A stretch of 64,000 nucleotides of DNA. Source: Longimicrobiales bacterium (GTDB taxonomy: Bacteria; Gemmatimonadota; Gemmatimonadetes; Longimicrobiales; Gaopeijiaceae). The stretch covers positions 64,001-128,000 of the forward strand of contig CBDCKN010000003.1 in the NCBI GenBank assembly GCA_965218295.1, written 5' to 3'. The notes under the pieces were generated by a model, which had not been told where the DNA came from, did not search any database, and worked only from the letters and a program-made list of their open reading frames with translations. Shown here one piece after another: positions 20,278-30,168 of the stretch. A program made the translations under genes and the position numbers. Position 1 is the stretch's first letter. Every line of letters starts with the position of its first letter.

Positions 20278-21438
20278 TCAGCCCGCCACGCCGAACGCCA
20301 TCACCGTGCGCGTCCGGTACTCCTCTCCAAGGCGCAGGATCGTCGAGGGGAAAGACGGCTGGTTGGGGGAGTCCGGATAGTGCTGCGCCTCGAGGCAGAA
20401 GCCGCTCCGGTGTCCGTAGACGTGTCCATCCTTTCCGGTAATGGTGCCGTCGAGGAAGTTGCCCGAGTAGAACTGCAGGCCCGGCTCCGTCGTCAAGATG
20501 TCGAGCGTGCGGCCGGTCGTGGGCTCCGTGACGCGCGTCGCATGCTGGAGGCCCACGCCCGAGCGGTCGAGGACGAAGTTGTGATCGTAGCCGAGACCGT
20601 TTCGGAGCTGAGCGTCGTCTTGTTCAATCCGAGCCCCGATCGCGGTGGGCATTCGGAAGTCGAAGGGCGTGCCCTCCAGCGTCGCGATCTCCCCGGTCGG
20701 GATCAAGCCCGAGTCCACCGGCGTGTAGGCACTGGCGGCAACCATCAGCTCGTGCGCGAGGATGTCACCGCTCCCCGCGCCCGCGAGGTTGAAATAGCTG
20801 TGCTGCGTGAGGTTGACCGGCGTCGGCCGGTCGGTCGTGGCCAGGTAGTCGACGATGAGCTCGTCCGAGTCGGTGAGCGTGTAGGTCACCCGCACTCTCA
20901 GCGTCCCCGGGTACCCCTCCTCCCCGTCGGGGCTCGTGTACGTGAGCACGACACCCACGGCGGTGCTGCTCTGGAACGGCTCGCCGCTCCACACGACTTT
21001 GTCGAACCCCCGCACTCCGCCGTGTAGGTGGTTCGGGCCGTTGTTGGTCACGAGCGTGAAGGTCTCTCCGTCGAGCGTGAAGCGGCCTCCGGCGATCCGG
21101 TTTCCGTAACGACCGATGATCGAGCCGAAGTAGGGCGATCCCGCCAGGTACCCGTCGAGCGCGTCGAAGCCCAGGACGATGTCGCCCAGGCGCCCATCGC
21201 GGTCGGGCGTCCGCAGCGAAACGATGATCCCCCCGAACGTGATGGCGCGCACCTCGATGCCATTCGGGTTGGTCATCGTGAACAGATCGACGGGCTCGCC
21301 GTCCGGCGTGGCACCGAAGGGGGCGCTGGTGATGCTTCGTGTCACGGGGGATTCTCCCGACGAGCAGCCGACGAGCGAGAGCAGCGTCACGACCGACGAC
21401 GCGAGCGTCCGGACGCTTCGAAGCTTCGCGTAGGCTAT
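20278..21438 (-). CDS. galM: Aldose 1-epimerase (mutarotase), probable lipoprotein; start uncertain (ATA 21438 or GTG 21390)
   Basis: GRYGNRI, NHLHGG, EEGYPG, NLTQHSYFNL, GYDHNF, PGLQFYSGN, CLEAQHYPDS; lipobox LVGC. Confidence 0.92.
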   Translation of the reverse strand: MAYAKLRSVRTLASSVVTLLSLVGCSSGESPVTRSITSAPFGATPDGEPVDLFTMTNPNGIEVRAITFGGIIVSLRTPDRDGRLGDIVLGFDALDGYLAGSPYFGSIIGRYGNRIAGGRFTLDGETFTLVTNNGPNHLHGGVRGFDKVVWSGEPFQSSTAVGVVLTYTSPDGEEGYPGTLRVRVTYTLTDSDELIVDYLATTDRPTPVNLTQHSYFNLAGAGSGDILAHELMVAASAYTPVDSGLIPTGEIATLEGTPFDFRMPTAIGARIEQDDAQLRNGLGYDHNFVLDRSGVGLQHATRVTEPTTGRTLDILTTEPGLQFYSGNFLDGTITGKDGHVYGHRSGFCLEAQHYPDSPNQPSFPSTILRLGEEYRTRTVMAFGVAG

Positions 21439-21982
21439 GGTTAGGCGCCCTCTTCCAGGAGTTCCGTCCCGAGCCGCACGATGGGCGGGACAGGATACGA
21501 CGGGACAGGATACAACAGTGGGATCGACGGCGCGAACGGGCTCGAGGGATAGGCATCATAGGGGCCTGGCGTCTGCTACCGGTCCACCCAGCAGCAAAGC
21601 AGCACGAAGATGACGAGGCGTTCTCCCCCTGGAGTGGGTGCACTTTCGAGAGTGCTAAGAAGAATCCCACGACTGTGATGGCTTCGGTGCCCGTGGCGTC
21701 CAATCCAATCATTTCGTCCATACGAGTGCCTCCGAGAATCGCGGCTACGCTGAGGTGGGGCGAGTGGCCCGCTTGCGCTCCCTCCAGTGCGGGGTGCATC
21801 GTAGTGTCGATTTCGTCGTCGTGACCACTCTGCGAAGGGCTTGTTGTGAGCCGGAAACCCTGCCTACACGTGCCGATGCTCGCCACGATCGTAGTCCTTT
21901 TTGGCTGCGCGAGCGGCCGGTCCCCGGAAGAACGTGCGGCATCCTTCGTGCAGACGTTCTCAACGCCGCGTGGGAGGAGATC

Positions 21983-22429
21983 ATGAGACGAATACGCGCA
22001 CTCTCGCGGAGCCCCGCACTCGCCGCTACCAGCTTCGCCTGCGTTCTACTGGCGGGCTGCCACACGTGGAGACCCTCTGAGCTACCCTTGGTCGAATTGG
22101 TGGCTGAGCGACCAGGATCACTAAGGGTTTATGACCGTGCCGGGGACGATCACGTCCTCGACAGTCCGAGGATCGAGCAGGACAGTCTGGTCTCCTCAGA
22201 CTACATGGAGTTTGCGGATGGGTCACGCCTTGGGGAACGCATTGCTCTTGAGGATATCACTGCTGTAGAGGAGCGTAAGTACTCTGAGGGACGGACAGTG
22301 GTGGTCGCACTCGGCATAACTGGGGCTCTGGTGGTGGCATTCGTGCGCGAAGCCTTTACGCGTATCCCGGGTAGCGCGGGGGACGTCCCACCCAACGACG
22401 TGGGCGAGGGACACCACGAGCAATTCTGA
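21983..22429 (+). CDS. Hypothetical lipoprotein
   Basis: GGAGGAG RBS; lipobox LAGC; C-terminal hydrophobic helix. Confidence 0.7.
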   Translation: MRRIRALSRSPALAATSFACVLLAGCHTWRPSELPLVELVAERPGSLRVYDRAGDDHVLDSPRIEQDSLVSSDYMEFADGSRLGERIALEDITAVEERKYSEGRTVVVALGITGALVVAFVREAFTRIPGSAGDVPPNDVGEGHHEQF

Positions 22430-22440
22430 GAGCAACGATC

Positions 22441-23205
22441 TCACGCCTTCACGTTGTCGATCAGGCGCACGCCTTCAATGAAGACAGCCGCCAGCCGTCT
22501 CCCCGACCAGTCTTCCACGTAGTCGACCTGAATACTACGGTCCTCGAGGCTGTTCCGAACCCCCAACGACGAAGCTCCCTTCTTCAAGACAGAAGCAAAC
22601 TCGGACGCCAGCTTTCGGCCGTGGGCCGACAAAAGTGCGTTACGTGAACTCAGCGCCACGCCGTCGGCATCCCGCACGATGGGACATGAACGGATCTGCA
22701 CCTCCATGGAAAAAGCAGCCGCCATGTCTTGGATGAGGCGATACTGCTGGTAGTCTTTTTCGCCAAAATATGCTCGGTGCGGGCGAATGATGTTGAACAA
22801 ACGCATGACGACCGTCAGTACCCCGTCGAAATGGCCGGGTCGATGCGCTCCGCAGAGTCGCGTGCTCAAATCGGTCTCGGACAGTTTGTACCGATAGTCG
22901 TCAGGATAGACCGTGCTCCGGTCCGGGAGAAACAGATAGTCGACGCCAAGCTCTTCGAGCGTTTGGGTGTCGACATCCAGGGTGCGTGGATAGTTCTCGA
23001 GGTCGCTTGGGTCGTTGAATTGTGTAGGGTTGACGAATACGCTGACGACGGTCTTGGTGTTTTCCTCGAGGCTGCGCTCGACCAACGAGGTATGGCCGGT
23101 GTGAAGTGCACCCATCGTCGGGACGAAGCCTAGCGTGCTGCCCGAGTTCTCGATCTCGGCGCGCACGGGTTTCCAATCGGCCACCGAGCCAACCGTTCGC
23201 ATCAA
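22441..23205 (-). CDS. panC: Pantoate-beta-alanine ligase
   Basis: FVPTMGALHTGH, SVFVNPTQF, RPGHFDGV, FGEKDYQQ, ALSSRN. Confidence 0.96.
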   Translation of the reverse strand: MMRTVGSVADWKPVRAEIENSGSTLGFVPTMGALHTGHTSLVERSLEENTKTVVSVFVNPTQFNDPSDLENYPRTLDVDTQTLEELGVDYLFLPDRSTVYPDDYRYKLSETDLSTRLCGAHRPGHFDGVLTVVMRLFNIIRPHRAYFGEKDYQQYRLIQDMAAAFSMEVQIRSCPIVRDADGVALSSRNALLSAHGRKLASEFASVLKKGASSLGVRNSLEDRSIQVDYVEDWSGRRLAAVFIEGVRLIDNVKA

Positions 23206-23990
23206 CTGTAGCTCTGGGCGTCGGTTGGGAAGGACCCTTCCTTTGTTTCTCGATCGAATGCATTGACTGCGCGTTGCACGAGGTCGAAGCCGTCCTCGAA
23301 GACCTTCACGAACTTTGCGTGAAAATCACGGTTGAATCCAGCGAGATCGTGTAACACCAACACTTGCCCATCGCAATGCGGGCCCGCACCGATCCCGATA
23401 GTGGGAACCGCCACATCCGCCGTAATCTGCCTCGCGGTGTCGACGGGAACGCATTCCAGCACTATGCCGAAGCATCCGGCATCGGCGACTCTCTTAGCTT
23501 GATCGGCGAGTTGAGCCGTCGACTCCTTGCTACCACCTTGCACCTTGAACCCACCGAGACGGTTCACGGCTTGTGGGGTGAGGCCCAGGTGTCCCATGAC
23601 CGGCACACCGGCGAGTACGACGCGTTCAACGACATCCTCGATTCCGTCGATTCCCTCCAGCTTGACCGCGTTGGCACCGGCGTGGATCAACGCTTCGACG
23701 GTGTCCATCGCCGGCTTGAGCCCTTTGTGAAACGAGAGAAAGGGTATATCCGCGATGAGGAATTTCTCGGGTGCGCCTCGGGCAACCGCTTCGGTGTGCA
23801 ATACCATGAGATCCGTCGTGGCCGGCAGTGTTGACGACTGTCCGTGCATGACCATGGCCGCGCTGTCTCCCACCAAGATGGCGTCGATGGACGTCTCTCG
23901 AAGGATTCGCGCCGACCAGTAGTCGTAGCACGTAGTCATCGAGACTTTTTCTCCGTCAGCTTTCTTGCGGCGAAAGTCCAAAGCATTCAT
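23202..23990 (-). CDS. panB: 3-methyl-2-oxobutanoate hydroxymethyltransferase
   Basis: LVGDS, AVKLEG, GHLGLTPQ, IGIGAG, GQVLVLHD. Confidence 0.97.
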   Translation of the reverse strand: MNALDFRRKKADGEKVSMTTCYDYWSARILRETSIDAILVGDSAAMVMHGQSSTLPATTDLMVLHTEAVARGAPEKFLIADIPFLSFHKGLKPAMDTVEALIHAGANAVKLEGIDGIEDVVERVVLAGVPVMGHLGLTPQAVNRLGGFKVQGGSKESTAQLADQAKRVADAGCFGIVLECVPVDTARQITADVAVPTIGIGAGPHCDGQVLVLHDLAGFNRDFHAKFVKVFEDGFDLVQRAVNAFDRETKEGSFPTDAQSYS

Positions 23991-24700
23991 GAGCGACCCT
24001 CGAGCAGTTCCGGGGCAACGGCCTTTACGAAAGCGGCGTATACGTCATGATATGGATCGCCGGACAGGGCGGCGAGGTTGGCTCGAATCGTATCTCGATC
24101 GCCCCGCGTGATGGGTCCCGTCGAAGCGGTGTCAACTTTCTCGAGGTTGGCTGCGACCTGACGGAGATAGGGAAGAGCGACGCTGGGTGGCAGCTGCAAT
24201 TGCTCTTCAAACGTGTGAAACAGCTTGTTCCACAATAGCATGGTAAAATTGCCGGCCATTACGGCAAGGCTGTGATACAACGGCTTGAGACCCGCGGCGA
24301 GAGTGTAACGGGGGTTTGGCAACTCTGGAAACACGTCTTCAAAGCGGGGCTCGCCCTCTTCGCAAATAAAAGGTATGGATTCGTATGTCACTCGATCGTA
24401 GAGATCTGCGCCGAACGTTGTGAGGGGATGCATCCCCGTGGCCGAAGACGTGACGAGGCTTCCCGAAAAATGGATGAGCGTTTTTTCCCGTAACCCATCG
24501 TTCGCAGTGATGAACTGTTCGATCGCGGCGTCGCTGACGAGTAGGAGAACGGCATCACTCTCGGCAAGAGCGGCGCTTGGTGGGGCGTTCCCCGCCGACC
24601 GGCGCGACCAATCGACATGAGGCAGGTCGAGGAGATCGAAGTAGTGTGTCATGTGCCGTGCCACGCGTCCATCGCCCACGATTCCATACCGGATTGCCAT
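23987..24700 (-). CDS. Rossmann-like DUF2520 protein (PanG-type ketopantoate reductase candidate)
   Basis: GIVGDGRVA, VSDAAI, HFSGS, MHPLTTF, YHSLAVMAGN, TGPITRGD; overlaps panB. Confidence 0.85.
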   Translation of the reverse strand: MAIRYGIVGDGRVARHMTHYFDLLDLPHVDWSRRSAGNAPPSAALAESDAVLLLVSDAAIEQFITANDGLREKTLIHFSGSLVTSSATGMHPLTTFGADLYDRVTYESIPFICEEGEPRFEDVFPELPNPRYTLAAGLKPLYHSLAVMAGNFTMLLWNKLFHTFEEQLQLPPSVALPYLRQVAANLEKVDTASTGPITRGDRDTIRANLAALSGDPYHDVYAAFVKAVAPELLEGRS

Positions 24701-24825
24701 TCGTTAATCTACCTACTGAGCCGAGGGCCGGGCACCAGCACACGGTTGCCGGAGGTGCAAGCACATTGTGATACAGTCGCGCGGAGCGTTTATGCGGCGT
24801 CGGTGCCCGCGGGCCAGGAGGGCGG

Positions 24826-24942
24826 CCCAGCGGGAGGGGCGGGAGGAGCTGGGGTCTGAAGCTTTCAGTGGCGCCCCGACCGCGAGTGACCATGCTCCAT
24901 ACACATTTACCCCACGAAAGCCTTTGTCGTGGATGTGTTGGA
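24826..24942. repeat. Degenerate direct-repeat copy of 31630-31792 (3' end and downstream region of the hyi-like gene), with an internal deletion
   Basis: Shared blocks GGGGCGGGAGGAGCTGGGGTCTGAAGCTTTCAG, GCGCCCCGACCGCGAGT, CCATGCTCCATAC, CCCCACGAAAGCCTTTGTCGTGGATGTGTTGGA. Confidence 0.92.
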
Positions 24943-25159
24943 GTCCGCTACGGCGGCCAAATCGTGTAGCGGAGCGACGCCTCACGGGGATTCGCAGCTG
25001 AAGCCGAAGGAATCGTCCAAGTCCTCAGGCAGGACGAGCGTTGGCAATCCGCGTCCCGGGCCGATGGAATCCCGTCGGGTTCTCGAAACCGTCGACATTG
25101 CCCGCCTCGACCCTGTCACAGCCACGTTGAACCACGAGGTCCCTGCGCCCCTGACCTCC

Positions 25160-25510
25160 CTAGCTCACTGGCGTGACCGCCGCCATATCCCGATCCCCGG
25201 TTCGGATTCGGTGGACCTGATCCACCGGACACACGAAGATCTTCCCGTCTCCAACCTCGTCCGTGCGCGCAGAACGCATGATCGCCTCCACGACAGTCTC
25301 GGTGAACTCGTCCGATACGCCGATGTCCAGCAGGACTTTCTCCTGCAGCTCCATCATGACCGTCGTTCCCCGGTAGGTCGCCACCGGAGTGGTCTCACCT
25401 CCGTGACCCTGGACCCGGGACACCGTGATTCCCCGCACATCCGCCTGGAATAGCGCCTTCATCACGTCGTTCAGCTTTTCCGGGCGAATGATGGCCTTGA
25501 TCAGCTTCAT
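25160..25510 (-). CDS. glnK: PII nitrogen regulatory protein
   Basis: MKLIKAIIRPEKL, T-loop YRG, VGDGKIFV, RIRTG; directly downstream of amtB. Confidence 0.93.
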   Translation of the reverse strand: MKLIKAIIRPEKLNDVMKALFQADVRGITVSRVQGHGGETTPVATYRGTTVMMELQEKVLLDIGVSDEFTETVVEAIMRSARTDEVGDGKIFVCPVDQVHRIRTGDRDMAAVTPVS

Positions 25511-25534
25511 CTGGGTTTCCTCTCCGTGTGGGGT

Positions 25535-26956
25535 TCAGACAGTGTCCGTGGGGTACGCAGAAGCCGTGGAGCCCGCCGGTGTCGTCCCGGGCGAGGACTC
25601 CGCGCCCGACCCGCCGTTCCTCTCCTCGTCCAGGAGGAGGACGGCCCCGCCGCTCCTTGCGTACGCTTCCTCTCCGTGGTTCAGGAGGTCCATGCCGCGG
25701 GCTTCCTCTCTCTCCGAAGGCCGAAGCGGGCTGACGAGTCCGATCACCTTCAGGATGATGAAGGTCATGGCCCCGCAGTAGACGGCGACGGCGAGAACGG
25801 CGATCGCCTGTATGCCGACCTGGCCGGGATTGCCATAAAAGAGCCCGTCGGCCACGCCGTTTAACGCGGCGCTGGCAAAGACCCCGGTGAGGATCGCGCC
25901 GCTCATGCCACCTATCCCGTGCGCCGCGAACACGTCGAGGGAGTCATCCAGGCGGGTGCGCGCCCGCCATTGAAGGACCGCATAGCTGGGAACGGCCGCG
26001 ATGGCGCCCAGCAGCAGCGCATATACCGGAGAGATGAAGCCCGACGCCGGCGTGATCGCCACCAATCCGACAACGATTGCGGTCGCTACGCCCACCGCGG
26101 TGGCCTTCCCCGTACGGAAGTGATCCAGCAGCGCCCAGACGACGAGCGCCGCGGCGGGGGCCAGAAAAGTATTCACGAAGGCCAGCGCCGCGATGCCGTC
26201 CGAGGCAAGCGCGCTCCCACCATTGAACCCGAACCACCCGAACCAGAGGAGCGCCGCGCCGAGGAGCACAAATGGAACGTTGTGAGGCAGCAGGGCGGTT
26301 CGTGCGTACTCATGTCGGCTTCCCAACACGAGAGCAGCCACGAGCGCGGCAACCCCCGCGTTCACATGCACGACCGTTCCGCCCGCGAAGTCCAGCGCGC
26401 CCAGCCCGGCCAACCATCCGCCACCCCAGACCCAGTGTGTTACGGGGGCGTAGACCACGAGGCCCCAGATCGCGATGAAGGCCACGTAGGGCACGAAGCG
26501 CATACGACCGATCAGAGCACCAGAGATGAGCGCCGCGGTGATAATGGCGAAGGTTGCCTGGAACGCCATGAAGAGTATGTGGGGGATCGTCCCGTTGGGC
26601 TCGAGGCCCACTCCGCGCAGCCCCGCCATCGAGAAGTCACCCACGAGGGCGGTCCCGCTCCCGAACGCGAGCGAGTACGCCAGAAGGGCCCAGATCACAG
26701 CTGACACGCCGAGCGCGACGAAGCTCATCATCATCGTGTTCAGGGCGTTCCTGGAGTTCACGAGGCCGCCGTAGAAAAAGGCGAGCCCCGGGGTCATGAG
26801 GAGAACCAGCGCCGTCGAGATCAGCATCCAACTGGTGTCGGCCCCCGAGATCGCGCCCTCCGCCGCCTCCTGGGCCGCAACCGGGGCGGGCGCTCCCACG
26901 GCGTACAGCAGCGGAAGGACGAGAAGAACGAGTAGTAATTTACGTGAGAGCTGCAT
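25535..26956 (-). CDS. amtB: Ammonium transporter
   Basis: LMTPGLAFFYGG, DFAGGTVVH, LWFGWFGFNGGS, DDSLDVFAAHG; GGAGG RBS before ATG 26956. Confidence 0.97.
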   Translation of the reverse strand: MQLSRKLLLVLLVLPLLYAVGAPAPVAAQEAAEGAISGADTSWMLISTALVLLMTPGLAFFYGGLVNSRNALNTMMMSFVALGVSAVIWALLAYSLAFGSGTALVGDFSMAGLRGVGLEPNGTIPHILFMAFQATFAIITAALISGALIGRMRFVPYVAFIAIWGLVVYAPVTHWVWGGGWLAGLGALDFAGGTVVHVNAGVAALVAALVLGSRHEYARTALLPHNVPFVLLGAALLWFGWFGFNGGSALASDGIAALAFVNTFLAPAAALVVWALLDHFRTGKATAVGVATAIVVGLVAITPASGFISPVYALLLGAIAAVPSYAVLQWRARTRLDDSLDVFAAHGIGGMSGAILTGVFASAALNGVADGLFYGNPGQVGIQAIAVLAVAVYCGAMTFIILKVIGLVSPLRPSEREEARGMDLLNHGEEAYARSGGAVLLLDEERNGGSGAESSPGTTPAGSTASAYPTDTV

Positions 26957-27026
26957 GGGTGGTCTTCCTCCAGTCGGTCCCCAGGGCAACTGCATGCGCC
27001 AAGACGCGCACATGGAACCGCCATTG

Positions 27027-27041
27027 GCAAGGCGTGTGCCA
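27027..27041 (-). promoter_or_regulatory. Sigma54 -24/-12 promoter of amtB-glnK
   Basis: Minus strand TGGCAC-ACGCC-TTGC matches the consensus; AT-rich tract upstream. Confidence 0.9.
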
Positions 27042-27130
27042 TGAAACTCAAAACTGGAGAAAACCCTTCATTTAAAAGGGTAATTCCCAATTTTAGGGAC
27101 CTTCTGAGGAGCGTTCTAGGGGCGGAGACT

Positions 27131-27175
27131 CCTACGCCGCGGTAGGACCAGAAAACGAACCTACAAGAATGTAGG
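27131..27175. promoter_or_regulatory. Paired enhancer palindromes CCTAC-N6-GTAGG
   Basis: CCTAC GCCGCG GTAGG (27131-27146) and CCTAC AAGAAT GTAGG (27160-27175), 90-135 bp upstream of the sigma54 site. Confidence 0.85.
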
Positions 27176-27191
27176 CACAAGTCCGGAGGGA

Positions 27192-28709
27192 TCAAGTCAG
27201 ACCGTATTTCTTGACTCGAAGGCCCATGATCCGCTCGGTAAGGCCCAGCTGCCGGCCGGCGGCCGCACGGTTGCCCTTGTTCACTTTGAGGGCGTCGATG
27301 ATCAGCTCTTTTTCCAGCACATCCAGCTGGACCTTGAGCGGTCCGGACCGCCCATCGTCGACCTTGGCCATCTGAAGGCTGGGCGGGAGCAACCGAGCGT
27401 GGATGACCTTTCCGTCGGCGAGCAGCACCGCCCGCTCAATGGCGTTCTCCAGCTCTCTGACATTTCCCGGCCAATGATAGGCCATCAATAGATCGATGGC
27501 AGGCGTGGACAGCCTTACGATGGACCGCCCATGCCTCCGCCGGTACTTCTCGATGAAATGATCCGCCAAGAGGATGATGTCGGTACGGCGATCCCGCAGC
27601 GGCGGCACATGAATCGGGAACACGTTGAGGCGATAGTAAAGATCGGCCCGGAACCGTCCCTCTTCCATGTCCCGCTCGAGGGGACGATTTGTCGCTGCGA
27701 CAAAGCGGACATCGGTCCTCAAAACCTTATTGCTGCCGACCCGCTCGAACTCCCGCTCCTGAAGGACCCGGAGAAGCCGGAGTTGGATCGCACCCGTGAG
27801 CTCACCGATTTCATCGAGGAAGATGGTGCCTCCCGAAGCGCGTTCGAAGCGCCCCTCTCTCTGCTGCACCGCGCCACTGAACGCGCCTTTCTCATGGCCG
27901 AAGAGCTCGCTCTCGATGAGGCTCTCGGGCAGCGCAGCGCAGTTGACCTGGACGAAAGGGCCCTCCGACCGTCGACTCCCGTAGTGAACCGCGTGGGCGA
28001 TGAGTTCCTTTCCCGTCCCACTTTCACCCCGGATCAGCACCGTGGCATCGCTTTGGGCCACCTGGCCGATCATCTCGTACACCGGCTCCATTTCGTGCGA
28101 ATTGCCCACGATGTTGGACGGCCGGTAACGGTCGGCAAGCTCCCTCCGCAGGCGCTGGTTCTCCTCCATCAGCGCCTTCTCTTCTTCGGCGAACTGGCCG
28201 AGGCGTACGACATGGGCGATGAGAGAGGCAAGGATGGAGAGGATGCGGATGTCCTCGTCGAAAGAGGCGTCCTGCCCGTACCGCCGCTCGGCGCTTAGGG
28301 CCCCGATCGTCTCGTTCCCCAGCCGAACCGGTACACAGACGAAAGCCAACTCTCTCTCCGGGCGATCCTTCAGAGGACGGGCTCGGCCCAGGAAAAGCGG
28401 CTCGCTGGCGATGGACGGCACGACAACGGGCTCGCCCGTCTTGATGACGCGCCCCGTGATCCCCTCGCCCAAACGGTATCTCCCAGGCTCCCGCTGATCG
28501 GCGGAGAGGCCGATCGCCTCGTGAACCAAGATCTCGGATGTCCGGCGGTTCAGGACGGTGAGCGTCGCGCACTCCACATCCATGTGACGTGAGAGGGCCT
28601 CGAGAATCGGCTTCATGGACGTGCTCACGTCCGAAGCCTCGTCGAGGAGTGTGCTGGCCTCGTGAAGAAGCGACAGCGAACTCGATTGTCCAATGGAATC
28701 AGCCAACAT
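27192..28709 (-). CDS. GAF-AAA+-HTH sigma54-dependent activator (NifA/AnfA/VnfA-like)
   Basis: GAF with [49 protein letters not shown]-terminal HTH. Confidence 0.93.
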   Translation of the reverse strand: MLADSIGQSSSLSLLHEASTLLDEASDVSTSMKPILEALSRHMDVECATLTVLNRRTSEILVHEAIGLSADQREPGRYRLGEGITGRVIKTGEPVVVPSIASEPLFLGRARPLKDRPERELAFVCVPVRLGNETIGALSAERRYGQDASFDEDIRILSILASLIAHVVRLGQFAEEEKALMEENQRLRRELADRYRPSNIVGNSHEMEPVYEMIGQVAQSDATVLIRGESGTGKELIAHAVHYGSRRSEGPFVQVNCAALPESLIESELFGHEKGAFSGAVQQREGRFERASGGTIFLDEIGELTGAIQLRLLRVLQEREFERVGSNKVLRTDVRFVAATNRPLERDMEEGRFRADLYYRLNVFPIHVPPLRDRRTDIILLADHFIEKYRRRHGRSIVRLSTPAIDLLMAYHWPGNVRELENAIERAVLLADGKVIHARLLPPSLQMAKVDDGRSGPLKVQLDVLEKELIIDALKVNKGNRAAAGRQLGLTERIMGLRVKKYGLT

Positions 28710-28807
28710 CGACCCTGTCCTACATGCTCAAGCATGGCCCGCAGAGCCCGCCGCCGCCAAGCCAACGACAGGCGCCTCAGAGGGCCGGGTGGGTGTGAAG
28801 CCACCAA

Positions 28808-28823
28808 GCTACATAAATGTAGG
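28808..28823. promoter_or_regulatory. Enhancer-type palindrome upstream of the activator gene (possible autoregulation)
   Basis: GCTAC ATAAAT GTAGG. Confidence 0.7.
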
Positions 28824-28880
28824 GGCCGGCGCACGCCGTGTGTGCGAGTGCATCGGGTCCAAGGGGCAAAAATCTCCCCC

Positions 28881-28928
28881 AAAAGAAGCGGGGCTGCTCC
28901 GATCCAGTAACGGATCGGAGCAGCCCCG
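28881..28928 (-). terminator. Intrinsic terminator of the porin gene
   Basis: 17-bp perfect stem CGGGGCTGCTCCGATCC/GGATCGGAGCAGCCCCG followed on the minus strand by CTTCTTTT. Confidence 0.85.
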
Positions 28929-28951
28929 GCCAACGCTAAAGCAGTCGAGCG

Positions 28952-29608
28952 TCAGTCGATGTTGATGTCGAACGTGTGGCTGATGCCGAACACGAGCGTG
29001 TGGTCGTCGTCCGCGGTGCCGAGGATTGTATCAGTGCTGTAGATCCACGCCGCCGATAGGTCCAGATCCGCTACCGATACGGTGTACCCACCCTCGAAGT
29101 ACTCGCCGTCGAGGGCGTCACCGAACGTGCCGAAGGTGGCGTAGAGCCCCCATTGCTCCACCGTGGCGGCCAAGAACAAGTAGTTCTCGCTGTCCGGGTC
29201 GGCTGGGACGGCCTGGTCGAGACTATGCCGGCCGTAGGAGAACTCTGCGGAAAGGGCTCCGTACCCCACGTTCAGGTTTCCCTCCAGGTACGTGTTGTCG
29301 AAATCGCCCGTGTAGAAATACCCCGTGCCACCTACGCTGACGCTGAAGTCCTCCACCTCCGTACCGACACCGGCGTACAGGTCGACCTCGTTACCGTCAC
29401 CGACATCCGCCGCCCAAGTGCCCAGATACACTTTACCGACGGCCACGTCCAAACCTGCACTCGCGGAGGATGCCTTCTGGGGAATCCCGCGGTAGAAATA
29501 CTCAGAGAGCCAGCCTAGGTTCGCCGACACCTCCGCCTCCTGGGCTACGCCGACCAGAGGCGTAACCACAACCGCGACCAACGCCACCGCACCTATGCTC
29601 ATTTTCAT
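28952..29608 (-). CDS. TorF/Gcw_chp-family putative porin
   Basis: Signal peptide, SEYFYRGIPQ, YLGTWA, EVDLYAG, FGISHTF; this family is commonly next to glnK-amtB. Confidence 0.85.
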   Translation of the reverse strand: MKMSIGAVALVAVVVTPLVGVAQEAEVSANLGWLSEYFYRGIPQKASSASAGLDVAVGKVYLGTWAADVGDGNEVDLYAGVGTEVEDFSVSVGGTGYFYTGDFDNTYLEGNLNVGYGALSAEFSYGRHSLDQAVPADPDSENYLFLAATVEQWGLYATFGTFGDALDGEYFEGGYTVSVADLDLSAAWIYSTDTILGTADDDHTLVFGISHTFDINID

Positions 29609-29697
29609 CCGTTAATCTCCGTAAAGACGTGATGGAGCGAACGCGAGCGGCGACATCCACCATTCGGACGGCTCCGGAACCATCGGGCCCGACACAG

Positions 29698-29713
29698 TGC
29701 GAGTCTCGTGCCA
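29698..29713 (-). promoter_or_regulatory. Sigma54 -24/-12 promoter of the porin gene
   Basis: Minus strand TGGCAC-GAGAC-TCGCA. Confidence 0.8.
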
Positions 29714-29804
29714 CAAATCACGAACCGGAGCCCAAGACACGCTATCGCGTTGGCGGACAACGACCTGGCTAGAGCGGGCATTGGCAGGAGGGGGACGTTT
29801 CCAT

Positions 29805-29849
29805 CATACGAGACCGTGGGACGATCGTAATTTCCTACTAAAATGTAGG
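29805..29849. promoter_or_regulatory. Paired enhancer sites upstream of the porin promoter
   Basis: CATAC GAGACC GTGGG (29805, degenerate) and CCTAC TAAAAT GTAGG (29834); same 29-bp spacing as at amtB. Confidence 0.8.
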
Positions 29850-30168
29850 ATCGAAAGGACGCTCGCGCTTGGCGAGCGGGCCCGGATCCGGTCGCGGCGT
29901 GAGCGAGCGCCGGCCTTCATCGTCCACCTACGCGCATGAGAGATCGGGGTTGTGCCGGCCTTTCCGTTGCCTGGGATCTCCTCCTGAGTGAGATTGGTCC
30001 GTCCGTCATGTCCGCCTTTCGGCGACGGAGCTTGTCTCCAGGCCATAGCTCCGTGTAGCCGGAGTCTACGAGGCGCGGACCGCCGATAGCGCCATTTACG
30101 GGGGCTCCCGGTGGCGCGATACCGCTCGGCTACGATCCCCGGAACTGCGAGGCACAATCCACAGGCGT

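Noticed and set aside
24701..24825. pan RNA motif or riboswitch upstream of the pan operon
   Set aside because: No structure I could match by eye; a covariance-model search (Rfam/Infernal) would be needed.
27192..28709. Nitrogen fixation (nifA)
   Set aside because: No nif, anf or vnf structural genes here; the visible targets are amtB-glnK and a porin.
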